A stretch of 64,000 nucleotides of DNA from Octopus vulgaris (lineage: Eukaryota). Of the stretch, positions 1 through 12,169 are shown piece after piece. Location: contig OX597824.1 of NCBI GenBank assembly GCA_951406725.2, forward strand, positions 48,856,001 to 48,920,000, read 5' to 3'. The position numbers and the translations under genes were made by a program. The notes beneath the pieces were generated by a model that did not search any database, had not been told where the DNA came from, and saw only the letters and a program-made list of their open reading frames with translations. The number at the start of each line of letters is the position of its first letter. The first letter of the stretch is position 1.

Positions 1-61
1 ACATACATATATGTATATATGCATATATATATGTATATATGTATGTACATATGTGTGTATG

Positions 62-98
<37 letters not shown>

Positions 99-296
99 AG
101 TATGTATGTATTTATGTATGTATACATTAAATACACACACAAACACACACAAGCAATAACAAGAATTATGAACATGATTATGATGATTGTGTTGATCATG
201 ATTGCTTGGAAATGAGTTGCAATTGCTTGCTTTCCACTGGCAGACATGGAATATGAAAAAGGAAAAAAAAACTCTCACCAACCCGAAATGTTCTTG

Positions 297-411
297 AAGA
301 AGAAGAAGAAGAAGAAGAAGAAGAAGAAGAAGAAGAAGAAGAAGAAGAAGAAGAAGAAGAAGAAGAAGAAGAAGAAGAAGAAGAAGAAGAAGAAGAAGAA
401 GGAGAAGAAGA
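297..411. repeat. (GAA)n microsatellite
   Basis: Near-perfect GAA run; source of the poly-K and poly-S pseudo-ORFs. Confidence 0.95.
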
Positions 412-957
412 ATTCAAGTTATATACAGTTAATCTCTGCTCTCGTCTATCTTCATAATTGCATTGAACAATCTAACTTAAATAAATATCGCGTTGGTAGA
501 GTGACATCCGTTATACTGAGTTAAGGCAACGGCGAACGACGATGATTGCGGTTGGTGGCCGGTAGGTGGCAGTGATGTAAATGATACGAAGAATGAAGAA
601 AGGAAGGAAAGTTGACAGGAAGAAAGAAAGGAGGACGGTGATAGAAAAACCAAGGCATATATCACACCACCACCGCTACTACAACTACAACACATCATCG
701 ATTTCGACGCCATTGACTGCTCAATATCTCCACCGTCACAGACATCATACCAAACACCATGGGCGTCACAACCACCAACAAGACTTCCATTACCCTGCCT
801 CCCCAATCTGCCATTAAGTGGACTTTTCGCAAAATTGGCAAAGCATCAAACCAGTTTTATCAACATATTTATTTATTTACTGATCGATCGATGTCTATAA
901 CTCGGCTTAAATGCAACAATAAATGAATAAATAAGTATATCAGAAAGGAAACCAACA

Positions 958-1323
<366 letters not shown>

Positions 1324-1419
1324 TAACAATGAGGGTCTTTGCAACAAGTTGCTAGACCACATGAAATTTGTTGATTTTATTAAATTAATTATATTTCACC
1401 CTTTATCTGTATTTTGGGG

Positions 1420-1790
1420 GGCTTGTTTCAGCTCAGAGCTGCGGCCATGCTGATGCACCGCCGTTTTGTGCCACACTGTTATTACGAAGAACCTCCTCTA
1501 ATATGTGGCACTTGGTGAAGAATGGAATTTGACATAGCTACTCCCATTTGCACCTCTTGCCGTGAGGTAGGTTTATCTGGGACTCTCGACAGGAAGATGT
1601 CCAGCTTTGATTTAAAAACTGCTACATTACTTTGTGCAAGTTCCTCAGACACTTTGGGAGAATATTAAAAAGATGTGGGCCCCTGAAACCCAGGCTGTTG
1701 CAGAAGCTGGTCCTGAAGCGCGATGGCATTGGTGGGATCTTTGGCACCATGCAGTGTCGTCCCGTTCTAGCATTGGTGTAGCTTACAATG

Positions 1791-1793
<3 letters not shown>
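1420..1793 (-). mobile_element. 3' fragment of a CR1/L2-group LINE (ORF2 C-terminus plus 3' UTR)
   Basis: Minus strand reads GRHCMVPKIPP...NSLGFRGPHLFNILPKCLRNL, then after a frameshift KSKLDIFLSRVPDKP. This parallels GPALFNITP...KKSLDKFLQTDSDKP in the intact LINE at 3104-6121. It ends in GGCGGTGCATCAGCATGGCCGCAGCTCTGAGCTGAAAC. Confidence 0.8.
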
Positions 1794-1834
<41 letters not shown>

Positions 1835-1897
1835 TAGGTGAATGAATTATCCTAGTATTGATAATTCGGTTAATCGACTCCATTCTTTTATTCATTT

Positions 1898-1950
<53 letters not shown>

Positions 1951-2267
1951 TTATATATAGATATATATATATACACATTTATATCTATATATGCACACAT
2001 ATATATGCCTACATACATATATATACATATATATGCATATATATGTATATATATGTGTATATATATATGTATATATATGTATATATAAAAATGTACATAT
2101 ATATGTATATGTATATATGTATATATATATCTATCTATATATATATATACGTATATATACATATATATACATATACACATATATATGTATATATATACAT
2201 ATATACATATATACATATTTATATGCATATATATACATATATATTACATATGCATATACATATATAT

Positions 2268-2520
2268 AGTTGTAACTGGGCTTCATGTACCTTTGCATGT
2301 CGTTTAAGTCTTACTGCCGAATTACACTCTCTTCCACATGCCCGACAGATATGATTAGTATGGTGCGTTACACTACCACCAGTGGCCAGGTTGTCACTCA
2401 TCTGTCTCGCTTTATGACTACGAAGATGACTCTTGAGTTCAGCTTTACTGAGGCAGGGTCTTGCACAGACAATGCATGTCAGCATCAAAGGAAGAACCTT
2501 CCCATCTGGAAGTGTAACAG

Positions 2521-2522
<2 letters not shown>
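2268..2522 (-). mobile_element. Fragment of RTE-like LINE C-terminus with two C2H2 zinc fingers
   Basis: Translates to CIVCARPCLSKAELKSHLRSH and [21 protein letters not shown]. Closely matches 41425-41584, which runs on to a stop, a 3' hairpin and a (TATG)n tail. Flanked by AT repeats. Confidence 0.7.
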
Positions 2523-2571
<49 letters not shown>

Positions 2572-2635
2572 ATTGTTCCACGTCCTCGCGTTGCTGTGTT
2601 TTTTTCTGTGTTTTCTTGTTTGGATTAACTTTATA

Positions 2636-2669
<34 letters not shown>

Positions 2670-2672
<3 letters not shown>

Positions 2673-3113
2673 AACATCTTTGTCTACCGCTATCTCATGG
2701 AATCGACCTCCTCAATCATTACCAGTCAACATCTCTTTTACCTACTACTACTACTACTACAACTACTACTACTAATGCTATCTCAAGGAATTTACCTCCT
2801 ACAGGTCACAAAGGTCGCCAAAACTTCAACAAACTATCATCTACACCTCTCACAACTCACACACACACACGCACCTACACACCCACTCGAAACCCCATCA
2901 TTTGCCGATATTCTCTTCGCCATAGACTGTGCACTGATAGAGACTGCAAATTCACTCATTTACCTGGAAACCACCTCTTCTAGACAGGAAACCACCTCTT
3001 CTTCTTCTTCCTCTTTTTTAGCTATAATGAATCTAGCAAAAGAACTGGAAAAAAACATCCGAGCTATCACCCACCACCATCCACCACTATTACCCCACTG
3101 CACATGCCATTAA
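2670..3113 (+). pseudogene. LINE ORF1 remnant with CCCH zinc finger (frameshifted near 2968)
   Basis: CRYSLRHRLCTDRDCKFTH is C-x8-C-x4-C-x3-H. A one-base shift joins it to ...FLAIMNLAKELEKNIRAI...CTCH*, whose TAA (3111-3113) lies just inside ORF2 (ATG at 3104). Confidence 0.6.
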
Positions 3114-6100
3114 AAAGCAATCAAATAAACAAATCACCAAAACAATTAAAACCATCCACTCTCGCCTCAACATTTTTGCTTAATGCCCAAGGCATCAGCC
3201 CTTCCACTAATACACAAAAATGGAAGATAAGATTCCTGGAGGACTGGGTCGAGGCCCATCCAAACCACATCCCTTTCTTCGTCCTCACTGAAACCCATCT
3301 TAGTAACCTTCACTTGGAAGCCGAGGTGAAAGTTAAAAATTTCAAAACCATTCGTGCTGATCGTGCTGGCAGAAGAAAGGGTGGGACTGCCATTTATGTT
3401 CATGATTCATTCTCAACAGAAGCCATGAACATATTTTCCAATGGATACTGCGAAGCAGTCGCTGTATTCAGTCAAACCAACAACTTAACAGTAGTTGGGC
3501 TCTACAGACCACCCCAAACGCCCCTACCATGCTTCAAGGAATGCCTCAACAGCATAAAGTGTTTCATTCAGCAGTGTCAACCTGGCAACATTTTAATGAT
3601 GGGAGACTTCAACCTTCCCGGGGTTGACTGGTCTACAAACAGTCTGTCGCCAGGTTCTTCTCTCTCAACCCCTGACAGGGAGGCAGTGGAATCGCTTCTT
3701 GACTTCATGAATGATTTCTTCCTGTCCCAACTGGTACTCGAACCAACGAGAGATCATAAAAACGTCTTAGACTTAATTTTCAGCAATCACACTGATACTA
3801 TCCACAATATTGCAGTGGAGAAAACCCTACTCTCCGATCATGACATGGTTCTCTGTGATCTGAGATTTCACTGGCCAAAATGCAAAACAAATGTCATCCC
3901 TCCTGTTCATCCATTTGACACTATGGATTTCCACAATGCAAACTGGGAAGCGATCAATAATGATCTTGCACAAGTCGATTGGTCCTTCACGCACACATAC
4001 ACACCCACTAACATCAAAAAGTCCTGGCAGTCATTTGTAGACACCATTACGAACATATGTGCAAAACACACCCCATTAAGATCTGCAAACAAATCTAAGT
4101 GTCGAATCCCTAGAAATAGAAAATCTCTCATCAGGAAAATTAAAAGAATTAACAAAAAAATCAACAAGCTGAAATGCTGTCAACAGCAACACACCAACCT
4201 GACTGCCATCTCGTCGCTAGAGATTAAAAAACATAAACTCCAAAACAACATGATGTCTATCATCAATAGTCAGCGAAGAGTTGAAGAGGCCTGGGCCATT
4301 GAGAAGATCAAACTCAATCCCAAAGTGTTCTTTTCATTTGCAAAAAAACACAGAGTCACTGGTTCTACTGTTGGCCCTCTGATTGATGAAAATGGTACTC
4401 TTCAAGACAACGCCAAAACCATGGGAGAGATATTGCAGAAACAATATTGCTCTGTTTTCAGCAATCCTGATATGACTGATCTGGGATGTATCAGTGATGT
4501 TACTCCCCAATACACTTTATCGGACATAACCTTTGGCGCTCCTGATGTCTTAGCAGCAATAAAGGAAATGAAGCATAATTCAGCAGTAGGTCCCGATAGG
4601 TTCCCTGCTTGTGTCTTGAAGATGTGTCAAAACCAACTTGCACCCCCTCTAGCCAATATGTGGCGGAACTCACTGGATGCTGGATATATACCAGAAGACC
4701 TTCTATCCCAGTCTGTTGTCCCAGTTTTCAAAAAAGGAAACAAATCGCTTGCCGTGAATTACCGTCCAATCTCACTCACCTCTCATGTCATTAAGGTATT
4801 TGAGAGAGTGCTGAGATCGCGTATGACTCACTTCCTTGAGAGTCATAATATGCTGAACTCCAACCAGCATGGATTCCGTAATGAGAGAGATTGCCTGACG
4901 CAGCTACTGCATCATTTTGATGACATTTTGAGAGCCTTGGGAGAGGGTTCCAACACTGATGTCATCTACCTTGATTTCAGCAAGGCCTTTGACAGGGTTG
5001 ATCATAAGATCCTTCTGAGAAAGCTGTCCAATATTGGTATCACTGGAAAGCTGCTGCGGTGGATCAAGTGCTTCCTGTCTAACAGAACCCAACATGTTGT
5101 AGTCGAAGGAGTCAAGTCCAGCCCAGCCAAAGTCAGCAGTGGTGTCCCACAAGGCACTGTGTTGGGCCCACTTCTCTTCATCATCTACATAAATGATATT
5201 ACTGACACCATCAAACACAGTAACATCAGAACCTTCGCTGATGATTCCAAGCTCCAGAAGGTCATCAATGGCGTGGATGACCGAATAAGCCTTCAGTCAG
5301 ACCTACTGGCTGTTGTCCAATGGGCGGAAAAGAATAACATGTTGCTAAATGAAGACAAATTCGAACTGATCCACTTTGGAAGGGAGGACGCTCTGAAACT
5401 CCCATACTCTCTTCCTTCTGGAGAAATTCTCATGGCATCCAACAACATCAGAGACTTGGGAGTAACAGTGGACAACAACATAAGCTGGGCTACACATATA
5501 AGCAGCAAAGTTGACATGGCCCGCAGAATGTGTTCCTGGATTCTCAGAACCTTCCAGTCGAGAGATTCCCACACTATTATCCTTCTGTTCTCCACTTTTG
5601 CCCGACCCCACCTTGAATACTGCTGTCCACTGTGGTCTCCCTACACAAAACAAAATATTATGAGAATTGCAGCTCCCCAAAGGTCAATCACAAAAAAGAT
5701 AGATGGCATGTCAGACCTTGACTACTGGGGTAGACTAGAGAAGCTGAAACTGTATTCACTCCAACGACGCCGTGAACGCTACATTATCTGTATGATGTGG
5801 AAAATATTCCATCAGCACTGTCCGAATGATGTTGGCATCACCTTCAAAATACATCCAAGGCTTGGACCACGTGCCATCCGTCCACAACAAAAATATAAAT
5901 CGCATCACATAACGACAATACGGCACAACTATTTCACCTCAATTGGACCCGCTCTCTTCAACATTACACCAGGACACGTCAAAAAAGAGACTGACCACAC
6001 AAAATTCAAGAAGTCTTTGGACAAATTCCTTCAAACAGACTCGGACAAACCACCCACACCCGGATATGTCTCCGCAAACAATAACTCTCTGCTCGAATGG

Positions 6101-6121
6101 GCCTTGGTGCTCAAATCCTGA
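3104..6121 (+). CDS. LINE ORF2: apurinic-like endonuclease plus reverse transcriptase (1005 aa)
   Basis: APE motifs LLNAQGI, LTETHL, GDFNLP, LDLIF, SDHD. RT motifs NYRPISLTS, QHGFR, YLDFSKAFDRVDH, SGVPQGTVLGPLLF, FADD. CR1-group C-terminus RPHLEYCCPLWSPY and LQRRRER. No internal stop. Confidence 0.96.
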   Translation: MPLKSNQINKSPKQLKPSTLASTFLLNAQGISPSTNTQKWKIRFLEDWVEAHPNHIPFFVLTETHLSNLHLEAEVKVKNFKTIRADRAGRRKGGTAIYVHDSFSTEAMNIFSNGYCEAVAVFSQTNNLTVVGLYRPPQTPLPCFKECLNSIKCFIQQCQPGNILMMGDFNLPGVDWSTNSLSPGSSLSTPDREAVESLLDFMNDFFLSQLVLEPTRDHKNVLDLIFSNHTDTIHNIAVEKTLLSDHDMVLCDLRFHWPKCKTNVIPPVHPFDTMDFHNANWEAINNDLAQVDWSFTHTYTPTNIKKSWQSFVDTITNICAKHTPLRSANKSKCRIPRNRKSLIRKIKRINKKINKLKCCQQQHTNLTAISSLEIKKHKLQNNMMSIINSQRRVEEAWAIEKIKLNPKVFFSFAKKHRVTGSTVGPLIDENGTLQDNAKTMGEILQKQYCSVFSNPDMTDLGCISDVTPQYTLSDITFGAPDVLAAIKEMKHNSAVGPDRFPACVLKMCQNQLAPPLANMWRNSLDAGYIPEDLLSQSVVPVFKKGNKSLAVNYRPISLTSHVIKVFERVLRSRMTHFLESHNMLNSNQHGFRNERDCLTQLLHHFDDILRALGEGSNTDVIYLDFSKAFDRVDHKILLRKLSNIGITGKLLRWIKCFLSNRTQHVVVEGVKSSPAKVSSGVPQGTVLGPLLFIIYINDITDTIKHSNIRTFADDSKLQKVINGVDDRISLQSDLLAVVQWAEKNNMLLNEDKFELIHFGREDALKLPYSLPSGEILMASNNIRDLGVTVDNNISWATHISSKVDMARRMCSWILRTFQSRDSHTIILLFSTFARPHLEYCCPLWSPYTKQNIMRIAAPQRSITKKIDGMSDLDYWGRLEKLKLYSLQRRRERYIICMMWKIFHQHCPNDVGITFKIHPRLGPRAIRPQQKYKSHHITTIRHNYFTSIGPALFNITPGHVKKETDHTKFKKSLDKFLQTDSDKPPTPGYVSANNNSLLEWALVLKS

Positions 6122-6468
6122 ATTGAAAGACTTCGCCAGGTGGTGCTATTAAGTTAGACATGGCCTGGGCCAATACTGGCCAAAACCTTTCTAAGTTATT
6201 CTAAGTTATATACATATATACATATATACATATATATATACATATATACATGCATAAAAATATACATATATATACATATATACATAAATGCATATATATA
6301 CACATATATATGCATATATATACATAAATACATATATATATTCATGTACATATATATATATATACATACATACATATGTATATATGCATATATATATACA
6401 TATACATATATCTATACATATAGACATATATATATACATATATTCATATATATATATATATACATATA

Positions 6469-6506
<38 letters not shown>

Positions 6507-6851
6507 AATATATATATACAAATATATACATATCTATATATTTAGATATATATATATATACATAAATATATATATATATACATGTATAAATTACATACAA
6601 TTACTAATGAATACGTGCAGATATTCTTATCCATATATATACTTGCACGTGCGCGCGCACCTGAATAAACATATGCATGAAACAAAGTATGAAATGTATT
6701 ACAAAGACGCACAATAGTATCTGCCAATGGTGAAAGTTTCCATTAATTTTTCATGTAAAGCCTCGTTTTCGCTGATCAGTGAAGCAACGATAATTCAACG
6801 TGATAAATATACGTCCAAGTGTCAGATCAAACATAAACGACTAATTAACAG

Positions 6852-7790
6852 AACAGGAGAGGGGGATGGGGGAGGAGGAGGAGGAGGATGAGGTAGAGGA
6901 TGGTGGGGAGGAAGGGGAGGGGAGAGGAAGGGGAAGAGGGGTGTGTGGAAGAGGGGGATGAGGAAGAGGAAGGGGGAAGAGGGGGATGAGGAAGAGGAAG
7001 GGGGAAGAGGGGAGTGTGGCAGAGGAGGATGAGGAAGAGGAAGAGGACAGGGAAGGGGAGGATGTGGAAGAGGAGAGGGAAGAGGAGGAGGAGGAGGAGG
7101 AAGGGGAGGGAGGAAGCAGAGGTAGGAGGAGGAAGCGGAGGGAGGAGAAGGAAGCGGAAGCGGAGGAGGAAGAGGAGGAAGCTAGAAAGGAAGAAAAGTG
7201 GAAGTGGGCAATTAAGATAGACGAAGAAAAGAAAGGAAGTGAAGGGAAGAGTATGAGTGGAAGAAAAGATAAGAGGTGAAGGGGAGAAGAATGGATGGGA
7301 GGAGAAATATGAGGAGGAGAAAAGAAGAGAGGGAAGGGAAAAGGAAGAAATGGGAGGAGGAAGCGAAGATGAAGAGAAAGGGGGAGGAGGAGGGAGGGAG
7401 GGAGGGAGGGAGGAGGAAACGAGAAGTATGAGGGAAGGAGGAAAAGATAAGGAATGGGAAAAAGATAGGTGAGGAGGAGGAGGAAGAGGAGGAGGAGAGG
7501 TGGAGGAGGAGAAGAATGGGAAGGAGGGACAAAAAAGGAAGAATGGACGAAGAGGAACAAGGGAAGAAAAGGAAAATAGGGAAAGGAAGGGAGAAAGATG
7601 AGAGAAGGTTAAGGGGAGAGGAGGAGGAGGAGGAGGAGAAAGGGTGTAAGAGGAACAAGAAAGGTGGAAGAATGGATGAAGAGGAATAAGAGAAGAAAAG
7701 GAAAAGAAGGAGAGGAAGGAGAAGGATGAGAGAAGGTTGAAGGGAGGAGGAGGAGGGGGAATGTAGGGTGGAGGTAGAGCAGGAAATGAC
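6852..7790. repeat. About 0.9-kb polypurine (GA/GGA-rich) low-complexity tract
   Basis: Almost only G and A on the + strand; explains the Pro/Ser/Leu-rich and Glu-rich pseudo-ORFs. Confidence 0.95.
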
Positions 7791-8184
7791 CGACATAAAA
7801 CATAAAACAAAAATAAGAAGTGGTAGAGGAGGAATAAATATTCATGGAAATGGTCAAAGATGGAAGAGGACGCAAAAATAGACAAACTACTAAAATTATA
7901 ATAAAACAGTGTTATCTTTAGCGAAGTTTTTCTCCTTAAGGTGCCTCCTTGTATTTAGCTGCCTACCTCTAATCAGTTGTAAAAGGTAAGATTGAAAGGC
8001 TCAAACATTGAAAGCATTGTATAACTGACGCGTGTTTCATTAGCTGTAATATTCAATTGAAATCAATGAAAAGGAATCTCTCAAACATACCTCCTATAAT
8101 TACTACATGAAGGTAGAGCCCTAAGTGACACTTTATCTTCTTAGTGGTTGTGACAGCAAACTATCTATCTACTACGTAACCATT

Positions 8185-8350
8185 TCACTCTAGAAATATT
8201 AACAAAATCTCCCTCAAACGTCACCTTACCGTCTTAAAAAAGGAAGAACAAATTTAAAGAATATATTGGTTTAAAAAAAGGGCGTGATTACATTTCGAAC
8301 GTTCTTAATTGAAGACCTAATAGATTGAAGCTGATCTAGGCCGCCACAGC
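8185..8350 (+). mobile_element. Old interspersed repeat (SINE-like 3' portion)
   Basis: A motif of the form CTAGAAAT..CA.C.AAATCTCCCTCAAA...TACCGTCTT recurs in degraded form at about 17025-17200 (+), 34790-35010 (-), 44670-44850 (+) and 55500-55680 (-), several ending in (CAA)n-like tails. Confidence 0.5.
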
Positions 8351-8357
8351 ATCATCC

Positions 8358-8540
8358 GTGGAGGCGCAATGGCCCAGTAGTTAGGGCAGCTTGCGGTCGT
8401 AAGAACGCGGTTTCGATTCCCAGACCGGGCATTGTGAGTGTTTATTGAGCAAAAACACCTAAGCTCCACGAGGCTCCGGCGGGGGAGGGTTGAACCCCGC
8501 TGTATTCTTTCATCACAACTTTCTCTCACTCTTTCTACCA
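8358..8540 (+). mobile_element. tRNA-derived SINE, 5' part
   Basis: A-box-like TGGCCCAGTAG and B-box-like GGTTTCGATTCCC. Matches the 5' half of the full copy at 50711-51094. Confidence 0.85.
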
Positions 8541-9446
8541 GCCACAAAGCAGCGGAACCATGGTGTGACCCTCTATGGTGTGGTAAAACTTTCAGACCCT
8601 TGTCTAGATTGCGAATTCTCTGTACCCCAGGATGGTTCAGCTCTCCACCCGTTAAAAGCCACCGTTTACGGAATGAGGATAACAACGTAGCTTTCGCGCC
8701 CGTCTATCGCGTGTGGAGAGTGGATCTTCAAGTTGCACACGCATTCTTAGTAGCTTAGAGTAGGCTCGAATTAGAGATTATTCTTTGTGGCTAATGGCGA
8801 GAGTCCTGATTGGAAGAAGAAGACAGCATCATCCATGTATCTTGTCAAAATTCAATCTTCCAAATATTCACCTGATTCAAGCATGTTCTGAAATTTGAAT
8901 TTTAAAAGAAGGATTTGACCGTAAACTATGAATTTGGCTGTCAGTCTTAATGCATAAGCTCAAAGTCACTTGCATTGATCCCATAACTTGACGACTTGAT
9001 TGGGATTTATTTTATTGATCCCGAATAAATTAAATGCAACATATACCTCTAAAGGATTAGAACTTACAACTTTGAGGGCCAAAATCGAATAGTTCAAATC
9101 CGCTCTCCCATTATTTCTGCAAATTCAACACTCCATATATTACACTAAATAAAGGTCACAAGTAATTGATAAAGCATGTTGAAGTCAAATTGATTTGTCT
9201 GTAACCGTCTGTCTTGCGTTGAAGATTATATGAACGTAATTAACAACATTACCAACCTCAGATATCGTCACGAGTATATTTGTTTTCTCCCAAATCTAGC
9301 ATTGTATTAATTATATATCTAATTGATATTGCTTTAACATTTTCTTCTACTCTTTCTGAAAACGTCTACAACAAATATAACCACATTAACGAGGTCACCA
9401 GTAGGCATTTTAATTCAATCTGAATCAGCAATTGAATTACCAATGG

Positions 9447-9514
<68 letters not shown>

Positions 9515-10328
9515 TCTCTCACTCTCTCATAAGAAAAGATAAAGTTATGTTGGTAGGTTAGTTGGAGAAAGGTGAAAGAAAGCGTTGCTAGAGTCGGAAA
9601 ACTGCGATAACCAAATTTGTATTAACTGCAAACTTCACTAAATGGGAATGTTCCAGGTGCGTGCTGACGAAGGGTATTTGTGTGTTGCTGTTGTACTTCT
9701 TTTAAAAGTGGGCTTAAACGAAATCCAATCTCGCTTCTTTGATCGAATCCTTTTTATAATGCAATTATCGAACTCAGTTATTTCGTACCTCGCAGGAAGA
9801 AATCAATATCAAAAATATTGATTGGGTTAATAGAATGAAAAAGAGATAAGCCAATAGAACAAAGAGAAAACATATCAGTATGGATTTTTTTAACGTCTTT
9901 CAGAAAATGATGATGAACGTTACAGAAAGAAATACATATATGCATATAGAGACGTGCACACGCAAACGCATATAAAAGCTTTCTTTCATAAGCAAAAGCA
10001 CATTTTGATGGTTTAATATTACAATGAAGTATTCTGAAAGATTTGTGACAAAAATTCAATTGCACATTATTTCTTTGTATACTAAATGACCTATGATTGG
10101 CTATCACATACGAGTGATGGCGCCTTGGGGTGGCACCTTATATAAAGGGTAAAGCAGATTCGTAGAATGTCCACTAACATATCCGAATTTAGTTGTATGG
10201 ACCAGGTTGTATGAAAGGAAGCGGCAAAAAATGTTTGCCTTTTGACAGGTAAAAGCATAAAAATGCTAAAAGTATCTGAATATATTATATCATAATATAT
10301 TCATATGTGTTTATACATACATACACAC

Positions 10329-10388
<60 letters not shown>

Positions 10389-10480
10389 TATATGTGATCA
10401 AAGGTACAAAACTGATATACTCCGAGGGAGCTAGAGTCGAGGATTGCATACCTACGTAATGCATGTAAGTATGTATATAC

Positions 10481-10568
<88 letters not shown>

Positions 10569-10834
10569 ATCTTCGGAACGAAACGACGCAATAGGCTTTG
10601 ACAACTACTACAACCTTTGATGTGTCTTTGGTGTTAGTTAATATGAATTGGACAGTAGGTGTCTGCGGTTGATGTGAGAATTCGTATTAAGAAATTATTG
10701 CTTAGGTGTGGTATTCAAAACATAAAATATTTCACTGTATCACCTTTTGTCAATTAAAATATAAATAGAACTAGTCTTATGAGAGAGAAGGAGAGAGGGA
10801 CAGAAGTACATACATACATACATACATACATAGA

Positions 10835-11830
10835 ACGAGAGAAAGAATACAAGCTACCTTTGTGGATCACTTTTGTCGACTACGGAAAGGCTTTCGATTG
10901 TGGCAAGATGAACGCAGTGCTGAATTCTGGAAATGCAAAGAATCAAGATGGAATACAACAGACGGCTCAGGAACGCGAATTCCGGATGCACTCTCGATAT
11001 AGCTCTTCCGACTGAAAGGAGCGTGAAGCAAAGTGCTGCCGTCTCTCCAAAGATCTTCACTGCATGTCTAGAAATGGCCATCAGAGACATTAACAAGAAA
11101 ATGTCGTAAACATCATCAGCGAGCTAGTAACACACCTCCGATTCGCAGATGATGTCTTATTTATGGTCGAAATCACAGATCAGCCGCAGACCGTACTGAA
11201 TAGGCCTTAAAATGAATCGCATGAAAAAGTAAATATTTGCATCCGAAAGGGTAGCGCAAAGCCAAATAGAAATGGGAAGCGAGGAAATTGAGGAGGTAAA
11301 GGAGTACGCCTGTTTAGGACACACAGTAAATATGCGCCGAGACAGGGACGCTGAAATCTCGAAGAGAATAAGGGCAGGATGGGCGGGGGCGTTTACCTTG
11401 ATAAAGGATGTGCTCAAAGCAAAGCTGAACAATACCTTACGTACCATCTCGTCAATGGCATCGTCCCACATGCGATCTTATACCCAAGTGAGATGTAGGT
11501 TGCTATGAAAGGGGAAGAATATCAACTGGCTATGATGCAAAGGACCATGGAAATTTCCATGCTAGGAATATCATTACGAAAGCATAATTCATGAACGGAA
11601 CGACGTGGTTTCATAATACCGAAAGCCCAAGTTCTGCTGAGCCGGACATGTCACAAGGTTTACGGATAACAAGGCAGACCCGAACAGTAACTGACGGATA
11701 TTTAAGACATCGGAAAAGGCCACTCCCAAGTCCTCCACGGTGATGGGAAGACGATGCAGTAAAACAATTTGAGCCAAGATGGAAAAAAAAAGGGCGCAAT
11801 CAAGAAAGAACTGGAAGTACATTGTAACTA
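10835..11830 (+). mobile_element. Degraded RTE-clade LINE (RT region)
   Basis: EYKLPLWITFVDYGKAFD, VSPKIFTACLEMAIR, HLRFADDV, GLKMNRMK, EEVKEYACLGH, EISKRIRAGW, AGHVTRFTDN; many stops and frameshifts. Confidence 0.85.
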
Positions 11831-12107
11831 GTGGTATATAACTACAAAGAGAGTAAAGGAGAGGGAGAGAGAGACTAAAAGCTAAAGAAAATAAGAGATG
11901 GTAATAGTAATCGGTGGTGGTGGCAGTGGTGATGATGTTTATACTGAAATATTAGAGAGAAGGAGTCAAAAGAGAAAGAGGAATAAAGCTAGCACGGTCT
12001 CATAATGAGATTGGAGGTGAGGAACAGAAAGCGGGGCAAAGACAGGAGAAAAGGTGCGAGAAGGAGGAGTTTAAGACAGAGAAGTCTAAAGAGCAGGGAT
12101 TAAATAA

Positions 12108-12150
<43 letters not shown>

Positions 12151-12169
12151 GTGTATATGTGATCAAAAT

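Larger units (their letters stand above)
2670..6208 (+). mobile_element. CR1/L2-group (APE-type) LINE, 5'-truncated within ORF1, with intact ORF2
   Basis: ORF1 remnant, ORF2, a short 3' UTR with a hairpin, and a (TTCTAAGTTA)2 tail. Embedded in (AT)n on both sides. Confidence 0.92.

Noticed and set aside
2219-2581. Host C2H2 zinc-finger gene
   Set aside because: No TGEKP linkers or splice structure; the second copy ends in a retroposon-type hairpin and (TATG)n tail.
6841-7885. 239-aa and 346-aa Pro/Ser/Leu/Phe-rich ORFs
   Set aside because: They are a by-product of the polypurine tract.
8540-8745. GC-rich segment with a CTCTCCAC/GTGGAGAG inverted pair, considered as a ribozyme
   Set aside because: No hammerhead, twister or HDV core could be placed; probably the UTR of an unidentified repeat.
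9660-9725. CTGACGA as a hammerhead core
   Set aside because: No stem II, GAAAC or stem I in a suitable arrangement.
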